NCBI GenBank assembly: GCA_965206595.1
Contig: OZ242214.1
Span: forward strand, 6,880,001-6,944,000
DNA: 64,000 nucleotides
Reading direction: 5' to 3'
Source: Candidatus Latescibacterota bacterium
Lineage (GTDB): Bacteria > Latescibacterota > UBA2968 > UBA8231
Below the pieces are notes generated by a model, which was not told where the DNA came from, ran no database searches, and was given only the letters and a program-made list of their open reading frames with translations. Both the position numbers and the translations under genes were made by a program. Below are positions 30,356 through 40,539 of the stretch, in pieces (the stretch's first letter is position 1; every line of letters begins with the position of its first letter).

Positions 30356-31348
30356 CAGCGCATCGCCCGCCAGAAGGAGATCGACGCCTCCATCGCCGCC
30401 AAGGCCGACTACGAATACCTCTACGACAAGCCCTACGAAGACAACAAGAAGGTCCGCGTCGCCGGCCCCTTCACCGTGGAAAGCCTGTCGCCGCACCGCC
30501 TGCTCGGTGTCAATGAGAACGACGAGCTCATCGACAACATCGCCGAAGCCAGCCTCGGGTACGGGCAAAAGCAGGACTTCGCCGGGATGATCCTCGACAA
30601 CCTGAAAACCTCCGGCGTCCAGCAGGCGCACAAGGAGGACCGCATCGCCTTCTCAGGGATCAGACCCTGGCCAGGCGACCTCGTCTGCGCCGAGGGAACC
30701 TACGTCGAGGGCAACGGCGACTCCGCCCCCCAGAGACGCGCCGGCATCTTCATCGGCCCGGAGTTCGGCACCGTCTCGCGCCCCGACCTCGTGTCGGCGG
30801 TGCGCGAGGCGGCCGACGCCGACTTCGACGTGCTGGTCGCCTGCGCCTTCAACTACGACGCCCACGCCTCGGAGTTCAGCAAGCTCGGCCGCGTCCCGGT
30901 CCTCAAGGCGCGCATGAACGCCGACCTCCACATGGCCGACGACCTCAAGAACACCGGCAAGGGCAACCTCTTCGTCATCTTCGGCGAGCCGGACATCGAC
31001 CTCCTCGACGCCGGGAACGGACAGATCCAGGTCAAGGTCAACGGCGTCGACGTGTTCCACCCCAACACCGGCGAAATCCGCAGCGACAACGCCGACGGCA
31101 TCGCCTGCTGGTTCGTCGACAGCGACTACAACGAGGAAAGCTTCTTCGTCCGCCACGCCTACTTCCTCGGCGCCAACGATCCCTACAAGGCGCTGCGGAC
31201 GACGCTGAAGGCCGAGATCAACCAGGAAGCCTGGGAGACCCTGCACAGCGACACCTCCCGGCGGTTCGCCAAGCCGGCGTCCGGCCGGATTGCCGTGAAG
31301 GTGATCAACCACCTCGGGGACGAGGTGATGAAGGTGTTCCGGGTGTGA
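30356..31348 (+). pseudogene. 993-bp direct repeat of the mod 3' third (25275..26267); lacks methyltransferase motifs
   Basis: Aligned by eye: about 15 substitutions, mostly synonymous and clustered at both ends; no indels seen. Confidence 0.95.
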
Positions 31349-31401
31349 GAATCGGATACGGGCGATTCCCATTCACCCCTGAACACTGAGAAGAGTTTTC
31401 C

Positions 31402-32748
31402 ATGGAAAACCAAATCATACCGACAGCAGGTAAACACTACATCTTCCCACCGGAGCGCTTCCATGGATATATCCAGGTAGGTGGGCAGCGCATAGAGATC
31501 AGTCTATCAGCGAGTGTGGATCGATCCGGGCGTCTGTCACTGTTGGATGTGGATCCTATCAAGGATGTGGCCGGCGGACTCAAACTCATGGAGTCGCTTA
31601 ACGGCTCGGGAAACACTGTCGAGGAATTTCAGCTGGAATGTGAAGGTTCTGACGGCAAAAAATTAACAAGTGATCGAGCGTATCTCGCCTCCGGTCGCCA
31701 AAAATTAACTCCCATCGACTGTAGCCACAAGGAAAGCGATCGAAGATATCTTGTCGAATTCAACATTCAGCTACGGACTGTGGAAGCATGCCTGACAATG
31801 AAAGCGAGCGAAACAAGCGATCTTCCGCAAATCACCCTTAGCTTACTCGGTTTTGAATCCTTTAGCCCTCTGTGTGCTACTACTAGATTCGGAACGGTCA
31901 AGGCTTGGGAGGTTCGCGCTGACCTAGGGAACGAAATTACAGGCAAGCTTGCAATTCAAGGCCAAAAAGGTCTGTCCTCAAACTGGCATACAGACGCGAA
32001 GCGGCTTTTGGACGACATACGACTCGTGCTTGGTTTCGCCCGTGGGGCACCTCTTCGCGTCCCAATCATGAAGTTTTTTAGCGGAGATTGTGGGGAATGT
32101 ACATTCTACGATGTGGAGGGATGTCCGCCATATATGCCTCCGTTCCACCATCTCAATCTCGATCCGATATTCTCGACGGCAATCAAACACACTGACATAA
32201 TCGCGGAGCATCGGGACGTCCTGGAGACGACGATTGGTTGGTTGCTGGTGAAGACGGACTATGAAGAGATCCGCTTCATGTCAGGAATGACGGCACTGGA
32301 AACTGCAGTCTCGAAATGCCTCGATGACAAAGAAATGTTCGTACTGAAGAAAAGCAAATTCAGAAAACTAAAATCAAGAATCAGCGAATTCGTCAAGCAG
32401 CAAAACGACCTCGATCTCAACGAAAACGACTACGTGGCACTTGATAAAAAACTGCCCGAACTAAATAGGAACACCTTCAAACACAACCTTATACTATTGC
32501 TTACCCGGTGGGGTATCTCACGCTCTGATATTGACGACCATGCGCTGTCCCGTCTTCTGAAACTAAGGAACGAAATCGTTCATCAGGGTGCCACTCCGAA
32601 AGTTGAATGCCTCAGGGAGAACGATGAGATCCTTCGCGAGATTCTTGTTAGGCTCGTGCTCGCCATAATTCGCTTCGACGGTACCTACGAAAGCTACGTT
32701 GGAGGACCTCATTCCAGGAAATTTCCCGTCTGCGAGCCCTCTGCGTGA
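31402..32748 (+). CDS. ApeA-like protein with C-terminal HEPN domain
   Basis: 'RFMSGMTALE', Rx4H 'LRNEIVHQG'; low GC; 448 aa. Confidence 0.7.
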   Translation: MENQIIPTAGKHYIFPPERFHGYIQVGGQRIEISLSASVDRSGRLSLLDVDPIKDVAGGLKLMESLNGSGNTVEEFQLECEGSDGKKLTSDRAYLASGRQKLTPIDCSHKESDRRYLVEFNIQLRTVEACLTMKASETSDLPQITLSLLGFESFSPLCATTRFGTVKAWEVRADLGNEITGKLAIQGQKGLSSNWHTDAKRLLDDIRLVLGFARGAPLRVPIMKFFSGDCGECTFYDVEGCPPYMPPFHHLNLDPIFSTAIKHTDIIAEHRDVLETTIGWLLVKTDYEEIRFMSGMTALETAVSKCLDDKEMFVLKKSKFRKLKSRISEFVKQQNDLDLNENDYVALDKKLPELNRNTFKHNLILLLTRWGISRSDIDDHALSRLLKLRNEIVHQGATPKVECLRENDEILREILVRLVLAIIRFDGTYESYVGGPHSRKFPVCEPSA

Positions 32749-32923
32749 TAGCGGTAGGAAGAAAAAAGTGGGTTTTACAACTCTGGCAGTCTCGGAGGTG
32801 CTCCGGATCCTCGCGATGAAAAAAATCCGCGCCACCCGATTCGAGTCTGTCTTTCGTCAAGCTGGTGCCGAGTCTCCCGAAAATCTGGACCTTTGAAGAC
32901 CTGCCTGAAGACATCGACGATGA

Positions 32924-32975
32924 GTGATAAAGGTGTTCCGGGTGTGGGGAGCGGATATCGGCGATCGCCATCACT
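32924..32975 (+). repeat. Third, short remnant of the mod 3' end plus its downstream flank
   Basis: GTGAT(A/G)AAGGTGTTCCGGGTGTG matches the mod end at 22/23 nt; following 'gcggatatcggcgatcgccatcac' resembles 31351-31377 'atcggatacgggcgattcccattcac'. Confidence 0.8.
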
Positions 32976-33000
32976 CACTGATTACCGGGAAGAGGTTCCC

Positions 33001-33231
33001 ATGAAAAAACAAATCATCCAATACACATCGCCCATTGACGCACTGATTGCAGTGACCAAGCGGTTGAGTACCTACGAAAATCAGCAACAGATGGATTCGG
33101 AAGAGTTCTTTGACCATTACAGTCGGGGACAACTTTCCGACGACGCAGTATTCGTCGACTGGGCCAATGACTACCGCCACTATTTGCAACTCCGTCAAAA
33201 ACTAGCGGAGATAGTGCCCGATGTTGCATGA
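33001..33231 (+). CDS. TumA-like antitoxin
   Basis: 'MKKQIIQYTSPIDALIAV.KRLS.YE....MDSEEFF..YS.G.L.DD..FVDWANDYRHYL'; GAGG RBS. Confidence 0.7.
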   Translation: MKKQIIQYTSPIDALIAVTKRLSTYENQQQMDSEEFFDHYSRGQLSDDAVFVDWANDYRHYLQLRQKLAEIVPDVA

Positions 33232-33310
33232 GGTTCTGGCCGCCTACCTGGATAAGGTGGAGCAGACCATTCTCCTGCGAACCCGGAAGACGCCTCATGG
33301 CCAGCGCTGA
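33221..33310 (+). pseudogene. 5' remnant of a TumE/DUF6516-like toxin
   Basis: 'MLHEVLAAYLDKVEQTIL' overlapping the antitoxin stop, then truncated. Confidence 0.55.
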
Positions 33311-34667
33311 CCAACTCAAGGCATTGCTGAAGTCGCACTTGGAAGGGGACGACGATCGCTTCTTTTCCGTCGCCATGCAGGTCGCCGCCCACGAAGCGAA
33401 ACTGGGGCACGGGAAGCTCGCCGAAGAACTGCGAACCCTGATCGACGAGGCCAAGGGACGGCGCGGCGTGGATTCGGTGGTGCCGATTGCCCGCCCGCGC
33501 GGCGAGTTGGCAAACCTTCTGGAAGCGTCCTACCCGAAGGCTCGGCTGGGAGAGATGGTTCTGAGTGATGCTCTCGCGGATCAGATTCAGCGGGTCCTTC
33601 GTGAGCAACGCTATGCCGGACGGATCGTGGAGCATGGCCTGGCGCCCAGGCGCAAGCTGCTTCTGACGGGTCCTCCTGGTACGGGCAAGACGCTGACTGG
33701 GTTCGTTCTGGCCGGGGAGCTCGGTCTTCCTCTCCTTCAGGTCCGACTCGACGGCCTTATCACCAAGTTCATGGGCGAAACCGCAGCCCAGCTGCGGCAG
33801 ATATTCGACGCCACCAGCAAAACTCGGGGTATCTACTTTTTTGACGAGTTTGACGCCATTGGTTCGCAACGCGGACTAACAAACGATGTGGGCGAAATCC
33901 GGAGAATATTGAACAGCTTTCTTCAAATCATGGCGTTCGTTGCCCGGCTCTCGGACGTCGCGCCGGACGGAACCAGCGCGCAGGTGACGATGGGCGTGCT
34001 GAACGGGACGCGGCGCAACTCGCACACGGACCCGGAGCCCATTGAGCCGGGAGAGATCTACGAGCTGCACGTGGACCTGGACGCCACGGCGTGGAGATTC
34101 GAGCGCGGGCACAGGATCCGGCTCTCCATTAGCAGCGCGGACTTTCCCAACCTGTGGCCGACCCCGTACCGCGGAACGAACCGCGTATACCGGGACAGCG
34201 GACGCGAGTCATACCTGGAACTGCCGGTCGTGCCGACCCGGGAAGCCCCCGCTGGAGAACTGCCGCCGGACGAAATGGAGTACGAGCCTTCCGCGGCGCC
34301 GCGACGGTACCCGGAGGCTTCGCCCCGCGTGGTTCCCTGGGAGATTGCTCAGGACGTCATGAGGGACCGGACCGGTCTCAGGTTGCACCTCGTCAACGAA
34401 AGCAGGGCCAGCGCCGGCATGACCGTAAAGATGGAGTCCAGGCTGGAGGTGTGGACAAACAACCGCGACCCCGCGGACACTACGGCAACAGGCCGGCACT
34501 TCAGGACCATCACCCGCACGGACGGCGTGATCAACGTGGACACCTCCGCGAACGTCCGCAGCACTCGGGACGCTTTTCACGTCTCCATCGAGCTGGACGT
34601 TCGCATCGATGGCCTGACGCATCACCGGCGCAGTTGGGTCGATTCGTTCAACAGGGAACTGCTTTGA
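33297..34667 (+). pseudogene. In-frame chimera: truncated IetA-like AAA ATPase (to about 33929) fused to a CocE/NonD (PepX_C) hydrolase C-terminus
   Basis: 'MASADQLKALLKSH...GPPGTGKT...FFDEFD...ILNSFLQ' then abruptly 'FVARLSDVAPDG...GHRIRLSISSADFPNLWPTP'. Confidence 0.8.
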
Positions 34668-35035
34668 TCGGCGAAAGCTCTTCCGGGCAGCTGCAGGAGG
34701 GAGACAGGCTGCCCTACGAGATTCCGTTTCCGCTCGGGATGGACCATCTTGCGAGGATGTCCGGCGAGCCCGGCCACGAAGCGATAATGGGCGTGATATA
34801 CCCCCGGATGCCCGACTTCGACTCGCAGCCGGGGAACTACAGGATGCAGCTCATACAGAGGGTGAAGGACTACCTGAGGGCCAGGGAATATTCGGCCGAG
34901 ACGTTTGAGAAGTTCGCCCTGCGCGGAACCCCGTCTACCATACTGGTCGACCGCAAGGGAGTTCTCCGGGACGTCTCTTTCGGCCAGACGGGCCACTTGG
35001 ACGGGATGATCCAGAGGATCCTCGCCGAGGACTGA
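34668..35035 (+). pseudogene. C-terminal remnant of a TlpA/redoxin-like protein
   Basis: 'IPFPLGMD...TFEKFALRGTPSTILVDRKG.LR...FG'; no start codon or CxxC region. Confidence 0.6.
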
Positions 35036-35157
35036 ATCAGCAGGCCGGGACGAGCGCAAGGTGCCAGATACCCGGCACTGGTCATCGGTCGGATTTCATC
35101 CCGGTCTGGCTCCCTGGTGGAACTACGGTCGACAACTGATGGGAGGTCGGAATCGCC

Positions 35158-35630
35158 ATGAACAACACTGAAAAATTCCTCTTCGACCTGCAGGGCTTCA
35201 TCGTCGTCCGCGAGTTCCTCTCGCAGCGTGAAGTCAAAGCCCTCAACGACGCTTTCGACGCCAACTGGGACAAGCGCCGCGAACCCGAACCGCGACCCCA
35301 GCGGCAACATGGCCGGGCACGACTTGGGTAGAGCACCAGGAGGTCGTTCACCAAGTGCCTCTGAAGGCCGGCGACATGGTCATCTTCAGCGAGAACACCT
35401 TGCACGGCACTCTGCCGTGGCAGGCAGACCACGACCGCCGCGCCCTGCTCTACCGGTACACGCCGAAGTACCTGCACTACGACGGCGGCACGTACGAGGT
35501 GACCCAGCCGGAATGGGTGGCGGAATTGACCGAGGCACAGCAGGCGGTGCTCGAGTCCCCCTACATCTACCATCACCCACTTATCGAACTGGATGGCGAA
35601 ACAGTGGTCCGCCCACGCCGCGAGGATTAG
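35158..35630 (+). pseudogene. PhyH-family dioxygenase with internal deletion
   Basis: 5' 'MNNTEKFLFDLQGFIVV' and 3' 'LKAGDMVIFSENTLHGTLPW...RRALLYRY'; HxD region missing. Confidence 0.8.
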
Positions 35631-35710
35631 CTCGGGTCAGTCACAAAATTCCGTACTTGAACCATTCATGGATGCCGTCTAAACCTTTCCGCTATAGGAG
35701 GATTTATAAT

Positions 35711-37161
35711 TCAAAGCACTTCCCCGGACACCACCTCTTCAATGCGGGCCACCACGGCAGGAACGTCGAAAACATTATCAAGTCGACCGGCCATCCGGCC
35801 GTCCGGACCCACCAGGAAATAGGAGGGTATGCTCCGGACCAGGTACAACTGAGCCACCTCCGCCTGCCAGCCGCCCGGGGCGTGGACGTGGACGCCGGTG
35901 ACGCCGTGCTCATCGACCGCCTGGTGCCACTCGTCGGCGGGGTCCAGAGAGATGTTCAGAAAGGCCACCTTCTGGTCCCGGGTCCGCTGTTTGATCTCTT
36001 CCATATGGGGACCGCCTCGATGCAAGGGCCGCACCAACTCGCCCAGAAGTCCAGGAAAACCGTTTGGCCTCTGAAATCGCTCAGGGAGACGCTTTTGCCC
36101 TGGAGATCCTCGAGGGTGAAGTCGGGCGCCGGCTCCCCGGGTTTGAGCCTGGCTGTTTCCCGCGCGACTTCCTCTACGGCCTCGGTGTACTCGGAATAGG
36201 GGTTGTCCAAGCGAAATTCAGCCAGGCGTTGTTCGCCCTGGTCAAAACGGCCCTCCTGCAAATCCTCGATGATTTCCCCGGCGAGAAAAAAGTACAGGAC
36301 TTTGCCGTGCAAGAGCCGCTTGGCCAAGTGGTAGCTGATGTTGTGGGGTTGAATCAAGTCTCCTCGGCGTTGGTTTTCCTCCAACCGTACAATGAAGTCC
36401 GGCAGATACGTGATGGTGTGGGGTTGGATAAAGGCTCGGCGTTGCTCCTCGGAAATTTGCTCCCGGAAGGCCCGTGTCTCGGCTTCCTCTTCCATGCGCC
36501 AGAAATTGCGCTCCAGATAGATGCGATAATGGGTTGTTCCGATGGCCGCTTCGTCAACCAGTTCAACTGGATCGAGGATGTCGTAATAGTCCGCGGGGAG
36601 GCCCTCGTTCCTGTTTCCATTGGCGAACATGTAATCAGTGGGATAGGAGACCACGAAATTGGCCCACTCATAGGTTATCTCAGCGCGGTAGTAGGCGATA
36701 AACCCCGGCGTTAGTCGGTACTGGCTGCAACCCTCGTCCAGGAAGCGCTCCAATTCCGAGCGCCGCTGGTCGACTATTCGGCGAAAGGCGTCGGCTTCCA
36801 GGTCCTTGTAGTCGATGCGCAGGTTATCGGGGAAGCGAGCCCTCAGGGCGGCGAGGAACCGGTTGTTGCCGGCCCCCTTGCCGGAGAAGCGGAGGGACCG
36901 GGGCAGGTCGAGCACGTCCGCCTCGATATGCAACTGGTCGCCCGGTTCCAGGAAGAGCTTGACCTCATCCTCGGGGCCGACCGAGACCATTCGCGCTTCG
37001 GCAAGCGGCAGCTCCACCGCGACACAACCCTCTTCGTCGAAGGGGACTTCGACCCTGACGGGCTTGTGGTAGACAGGGGTTTGCTGGTAGCTGGCGAAAA
37101 TTCCGCGGCCCTCCGGAGCATTGGCCAGAGTGGCGGTGACGCGAGTCAGGGGCAGGGGCAT
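35711..37161 (-). CDS. TlpA/ResA-like thiol-disulfide oxidoreductase with long N-terminal extension; 1-nt frameshift at the G4 run 36007-36010
   Basis: 'APDFTL...[20 protein letters not shown]'; one extra C joins it to 'HMEEIK...ISLD...[11 protein letters not shown]'. Confidence 0.85.
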
Positions 37162-37304
37162 GGAAGTCTCCTGTCGTTTGTCGCCATTCATCGGCGTATG
37201 GTGCCGCGGTCCCCGGAGTTTGACCGAGGATGGATATACTTTCCTATTGTGCAGGACTCCGGACCTGAGACTCGAACCCCAAACCACACATGGGAGATGA
37301 TCTG

Positions 37305-38117
37305 ATGCAGACGAGATTTTCCGGATTTTTTATGGCATTGCTCCTCAGTCTTGGTCTGACGGCCTGCGGAGAAAGCGAGCTGGAGAAGCAGAGACAGGAA
37401 TACAATCGGAAGATGGAGGAGAGCGCTGCCCGCATCGACTCGCTCCAATTAGAGGTGGGCGGTTCCCAGACCCAGCTCGTCACCCTGCAGGCCAAACTCG
37501 ACAGCCTCGACAAGTTCGAGATGCTCCTGCAGGAGAAGAACCAGCAACTCCAGAAGGAAGTGAAGAAATACCGCTCCATGGCCGAGAAACGCCGCCGCAT
37601 GAACGTGGAGTTGCAGGATGCGATCAGCATGCTGCAGGAGGAGAAAGAGGCCGACGCAACGCAAATCGACCGGCTCATCGTCGCGTCGGACAGCCTCACC
37701 GCGGCCCTGCGCGAGCAGAGAGATCTCACTTGGAAACTGTCAGAGGAGCTGGAGGATGCCAACAGAAAAATCGAAAAAACGGAGGAAGAGCTGGACCAGG
37801 CGAAAAACACGGTGCGCGTGGTGGTGGGCACCGAGGATCGCCTGAAGGAGGAGGGGTTTCTGGAGACGGGACGCCGCTTCTTCCGCAAGGGGTACAAGCT
37901 GGTCCAGAAACCTGGAGATGAAAACCAGGTCAAATTCCTGGCTATCGGCGAGCGGCTGACCCTGAATCCCGATCAGAAGCTGAAGGACCTGATCGGCCGT
38001 TCAGGCAAGCTGAAGAAAGAGAAGGACTACATGGTGGAGGTGAGCGACGGCGTCACCCAGGTCACCATCGTCAACGACATCCTGAAAGGAGAGGCGGTGC
38101 TGGTGGTGGTCGAGTGA
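37305..38117 (+). CDS. Coiled-coil lipoprotein of unknown function
   Basis: Lipobox 'LTAC' after a hydrophobic signal; long E/K/Q/L-rich heptad region. Confidence 0.7.
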   Translation: MQTRFSGFFMALLLSLGLTACGESELEKQRQEYNRKMEESAARIDSLQLEVGGSQTQLVTLQAKLDSLDKFEMLLQEKNQQLQKEVKKYRSMAEKRRRMNVELQDAISMLQEEKEADATQIDRLIVASDSLTAALREQRDLTWKLSEELEDANRKIEKTEEELDQAKNTVRVVVGTEDRLKEEGFLETGRRFFRKGYKLVQKPGDENQVKFLAIGERLTLNPDQKLKDLIGRSGKLKKEKDYMVEVSDGVTQVTIVNDILKGEAVLVVVE

Positions 38118-38176
38118 CGCCGGGCCTCGCGACAGCGAGGCTGGGCAGGGCGGAGCAACGCCCCTGAATTCAGGAA

Positions 38177-39460
38177 ATGGATCAGGAAATGGATCAGGAA
38201 TACAGGTTCCGCAGAACGCGGGCCCGAGGCCTTGTTGAGTCAGGTCTGCTCTTCGGCCTCGGACTTCTCGCGCTGGCAGCGGTCGGGTGCGGCGGCGATC
38301 CGGCGGGACCGGAGCCGGGGCACGAACCGATCACGCTGGCCGCGGCCCTGGCCGAGACCGGGAGGCATGCCGGGGCGGGCAACGATCTGGCGTGGGGCTA
38401 CCGGCTGGCGGTCGACCTGCTGAACGAGAAGGGCGGCATTGCCGGCCGTCCGGTGCAACTGGTGATTCGCGACGACGGCAGCGACCCGGAAACGAGCGCC
38501 CGCCTGTACTCCGGGTTCGTCGCCTCCGATACGATCCACGCCCTGCTCGGCCCCTACAGCAGCGGGATCACGGAGACCGTACTCCCCGTCGCCGAAGAGG
38601 CGGGCCTTCCCCTCGTCGCGCCGATGGCGGCGGCTCCCGAGCTCTGGGCGGGACAGCAGCGGCAATGGAGCGTCCAGATCCTGAACCCGGGCCCCACCTA
38701 TGTCCAGGGCTCGGTGGAGCTGGCGGCGCAGGGCGGAGCCGAAACCGTCGCCCTGATCTACGAGGACACGGCGTTTCCCCGTTCCCTGGCGGGAGGGGTG
38801 CGCGCCGCGGCCGAGGCGCACGGGCTCGACCTGGTGCTGGACCAGGCCTACCCGGTCGGAGAAGCGGACCACCAAGCTCTGGCCGCCGCCGCCAGGGATG
38901 CCGATGGGGATCTCCTGGCAATCGGGGGCTACGGTCAGGATCTGGTCGACCTGCGAATAGCCGTCGACCAGGTCGGCTACGTGCCGCGGATGTTGAGCCT
39001 GAACGGTCCCGCGGCCCCCTTGTTTGTCTCCGGAGTGGGGGAGTTGGCCCGATGCGTGGCCGGGGGCGCTCCCTGGGTTCCAGCGCTTCGCACGTCCGGT
39101 TTCATCGGAGATAGCGAGACCCTCGTCATGAGGTTTGAAGCCGCCGAGGGCTCGAGCCCCGACCACCGCCCCGCCGGCGGGTTCGGAGCGGTGGAGGTCA
39201 TGGCCGAGGCTATCGAAGCGGCACTGGCCGCGACCGGGAAGCCGGATCCGGCCGCAATCCGCGACCAGCTCTTCGCCCTCGAGACGGAGACCGTGCTGGG
39301 CCCGTTCAGCGTGTACCCTCTCGGCGATTCCCAGGCCGGCGCCCAGCGCGCGCTCAAGGGGGTCCAGATCCAGTGGCAGGACGACGGGGAGGGCGGGCTC
39401 GTCCTGCGCATCATCCACCCGCAAGCGGCCGCCGAGGCGCCCCCCTGCTTTCTGCGCTGA
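38177..39460 (+). CDS. Branched-chain amino acid ABC-type substrate-binding lipoprotein
   Basis: 'LNEKGGIAGRPVQLVIRDDGSDP', 'LLGPYSSG'; signal with Cys; no permease nearby. Confidence 0.88.
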   Translation: MDQEMDQEYRFRRTRARGLVESGLLFGLGLLALAAVGCGGDPAGPEPGHEPITLAAALAETGRHAGAGNDLAWGYRLAVDLLNEKGGIAGRPVQLVIRDDGSDPETSARLYSGFVASDTIHALLGPYSSGITETVLPVAEEAGLPLVAPMAAAPELWAGQQRQWSVQILNPGPTYVQGSVELAAQGGAETVALIYEDTAFPRSLAGGVRAAAEAHGLDLVLDQAYPVGEADHQALAAAARDADGDLLAIGGYGQDLVDLRIAVDQVGYVPRMLSLNGPAAPLFVSGVGELARCVAGGAPWVPALRTSGFIGDSETLVMRFEAAEGSSPDHRPAGGFGAVEVMAEAIEAALAATGKPDPAAIRDQLFALETETVLGPFSVYPLGDSQAGAQRALKGVQIQWQDDGEGGLVLRIIHPQAAAEAPPCFLR

Positions 39461-39704
39461 CCAGGCCGGGCGGAGCCGGACGGTTCAAGGTGCGAACCGA
39501 TAGACCACCGGACCTGTGCGCCGTCCGGGATGCCCGGGGTCCGCGTCGTAGTAGATGGTTCACGCATCCCAGGTCTCACGGGAGCGCGGCTGCACGGACG
39601 AAGATCCGTCAATCCAGGACCGTCGCGTCCAGGGCAGCATGCGGCTCTACCTCTTGCTCGATTCGGCGACGTATCCGGAAAACGCTTTCCCAGGAGAGAC
39701 TGAC

Positions 39705-40511
39705 ATGGCCATGACCGAAGAAGAACGCTTCCGCTTCGACCTCACCGGATTCCTGGTGCGCCCCGCCATCCTCACTCCGGCGGAAGTCGCCGCCATTGTC
39801 GATCAGATCGACCGCATCAAGCACGACCCCGGGTCGCTGCCGCCCGAGCACCGCGACGTCCCCGGCGGTCCGGCCAGCGTACTGATCGACCATCCCCAGG
39901 TGGTCGACGTCATCCGCGAGGTGATCGGCCCCGACATCCGGCTGGAGGGTTGCGGCTGCGTCTGGCGCAGGAAAGGGGAGGAGCACGGCCAGCTGCACGG
40001 CGGCGGCCCCGGCCAGGCCGATCCCATCTTCGGCTACCGCGTGAAGAACGGGCGCATCCACGCCGGCATGGTGCGGGTCATTTTCGAACTGACCGACATC
40101 GCCATGGAAGACCAGAGCACCCATTTCCTCATCGGCAGCCACAAGTCGGAATTCCCCATACACGAAGACCACCTGTCGCTGGAAGAGGGCAAGCGCAGCC
40201 GCTTCCTGACCACGTACGCCTGTCCGGCCGGCAGCGCCGTCTTCTTCACCGAGAACCTGTGCCACGCCGGACCGGTGTGGCGCCGCGATACCCCGCGCGT
40301 CACCATCCTTCACGCCTATTCACATCTGGCCACCCACTGGCACCGGCTGAAGGTTCCCCCGGCGGTGCTGCACGGACTTTCCCGCGAAAAGCAGGCTTAT
40401 TTCCGCCAGCCCTGGATCGCCGATTTCCGCACCAACCCGGCGACCCACAATACCGAGGAGCGCTTCCTGTCCAACGAGGAAGCTCCCATCGACACGGACC
40501 ACAAGCCCTGA
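39705..40511 (+). CDS. PhyH-family dioxygenase
   Basis: 'ERFRFDLTGFLV', 'LHGGG', 'GSHKS', 'AGSAVFFTENLCHAG'; AGGAG RBS. Confidence 0.85.
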   Translation: MAMTEEERFRFDLTGFLVRPAILTPAEVAAIVDQIDRIKHDPGSLPPEHRDVPGGPASVLIDHPQVVDVIREVIGPDIRLEGCGCVWRRKGEEHGQLHGGGPGQADPIFGYRVKNGRIHAGMVRVIFELTDIAMEDQSTHFLIGSHKSEFPIHEDHLSLEEGKRSRFLTTYACPAGSAVFFTENLCHAGPVWRRDTPRVTILHAYSHLATHWHRLKVPPAVLHGLSREKQAYFRQPWIADFRTNPATHNTEERFLSNEEAPIDTDHKP

Positions 40512-40539
40512 GGCGGTAACGGCAAGTAGCCGCGCGCGG

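Noticed and set aside
25275-31348. mod repeat pair as DGR template/variable repeats
   Set aside because: No reverse transcriptase in the window, repeats are about 1 kb, and differences are mostly synonymous rather than adenine-specific.
17820-33310. Integron cassette array
   Set aside because: No tyrosine recombinase and no recurring attC-like GTTRRRY-bounded hairpins found between genes; many genes overlap directly.
36340-36450. Internal peptide duplication ([13 protein letters not shown] / [14 protein letters not shown]) in the TlpA-like protein
   Set aside because: Old two-copy duplication with no wider pattern.
38171-38200. 12-bp tandem repeat CAGGAAATGGAT at the ABC binding protein start
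   Set aside because: Only about 2.5 copies; it merely duplicates the RBS/start region.
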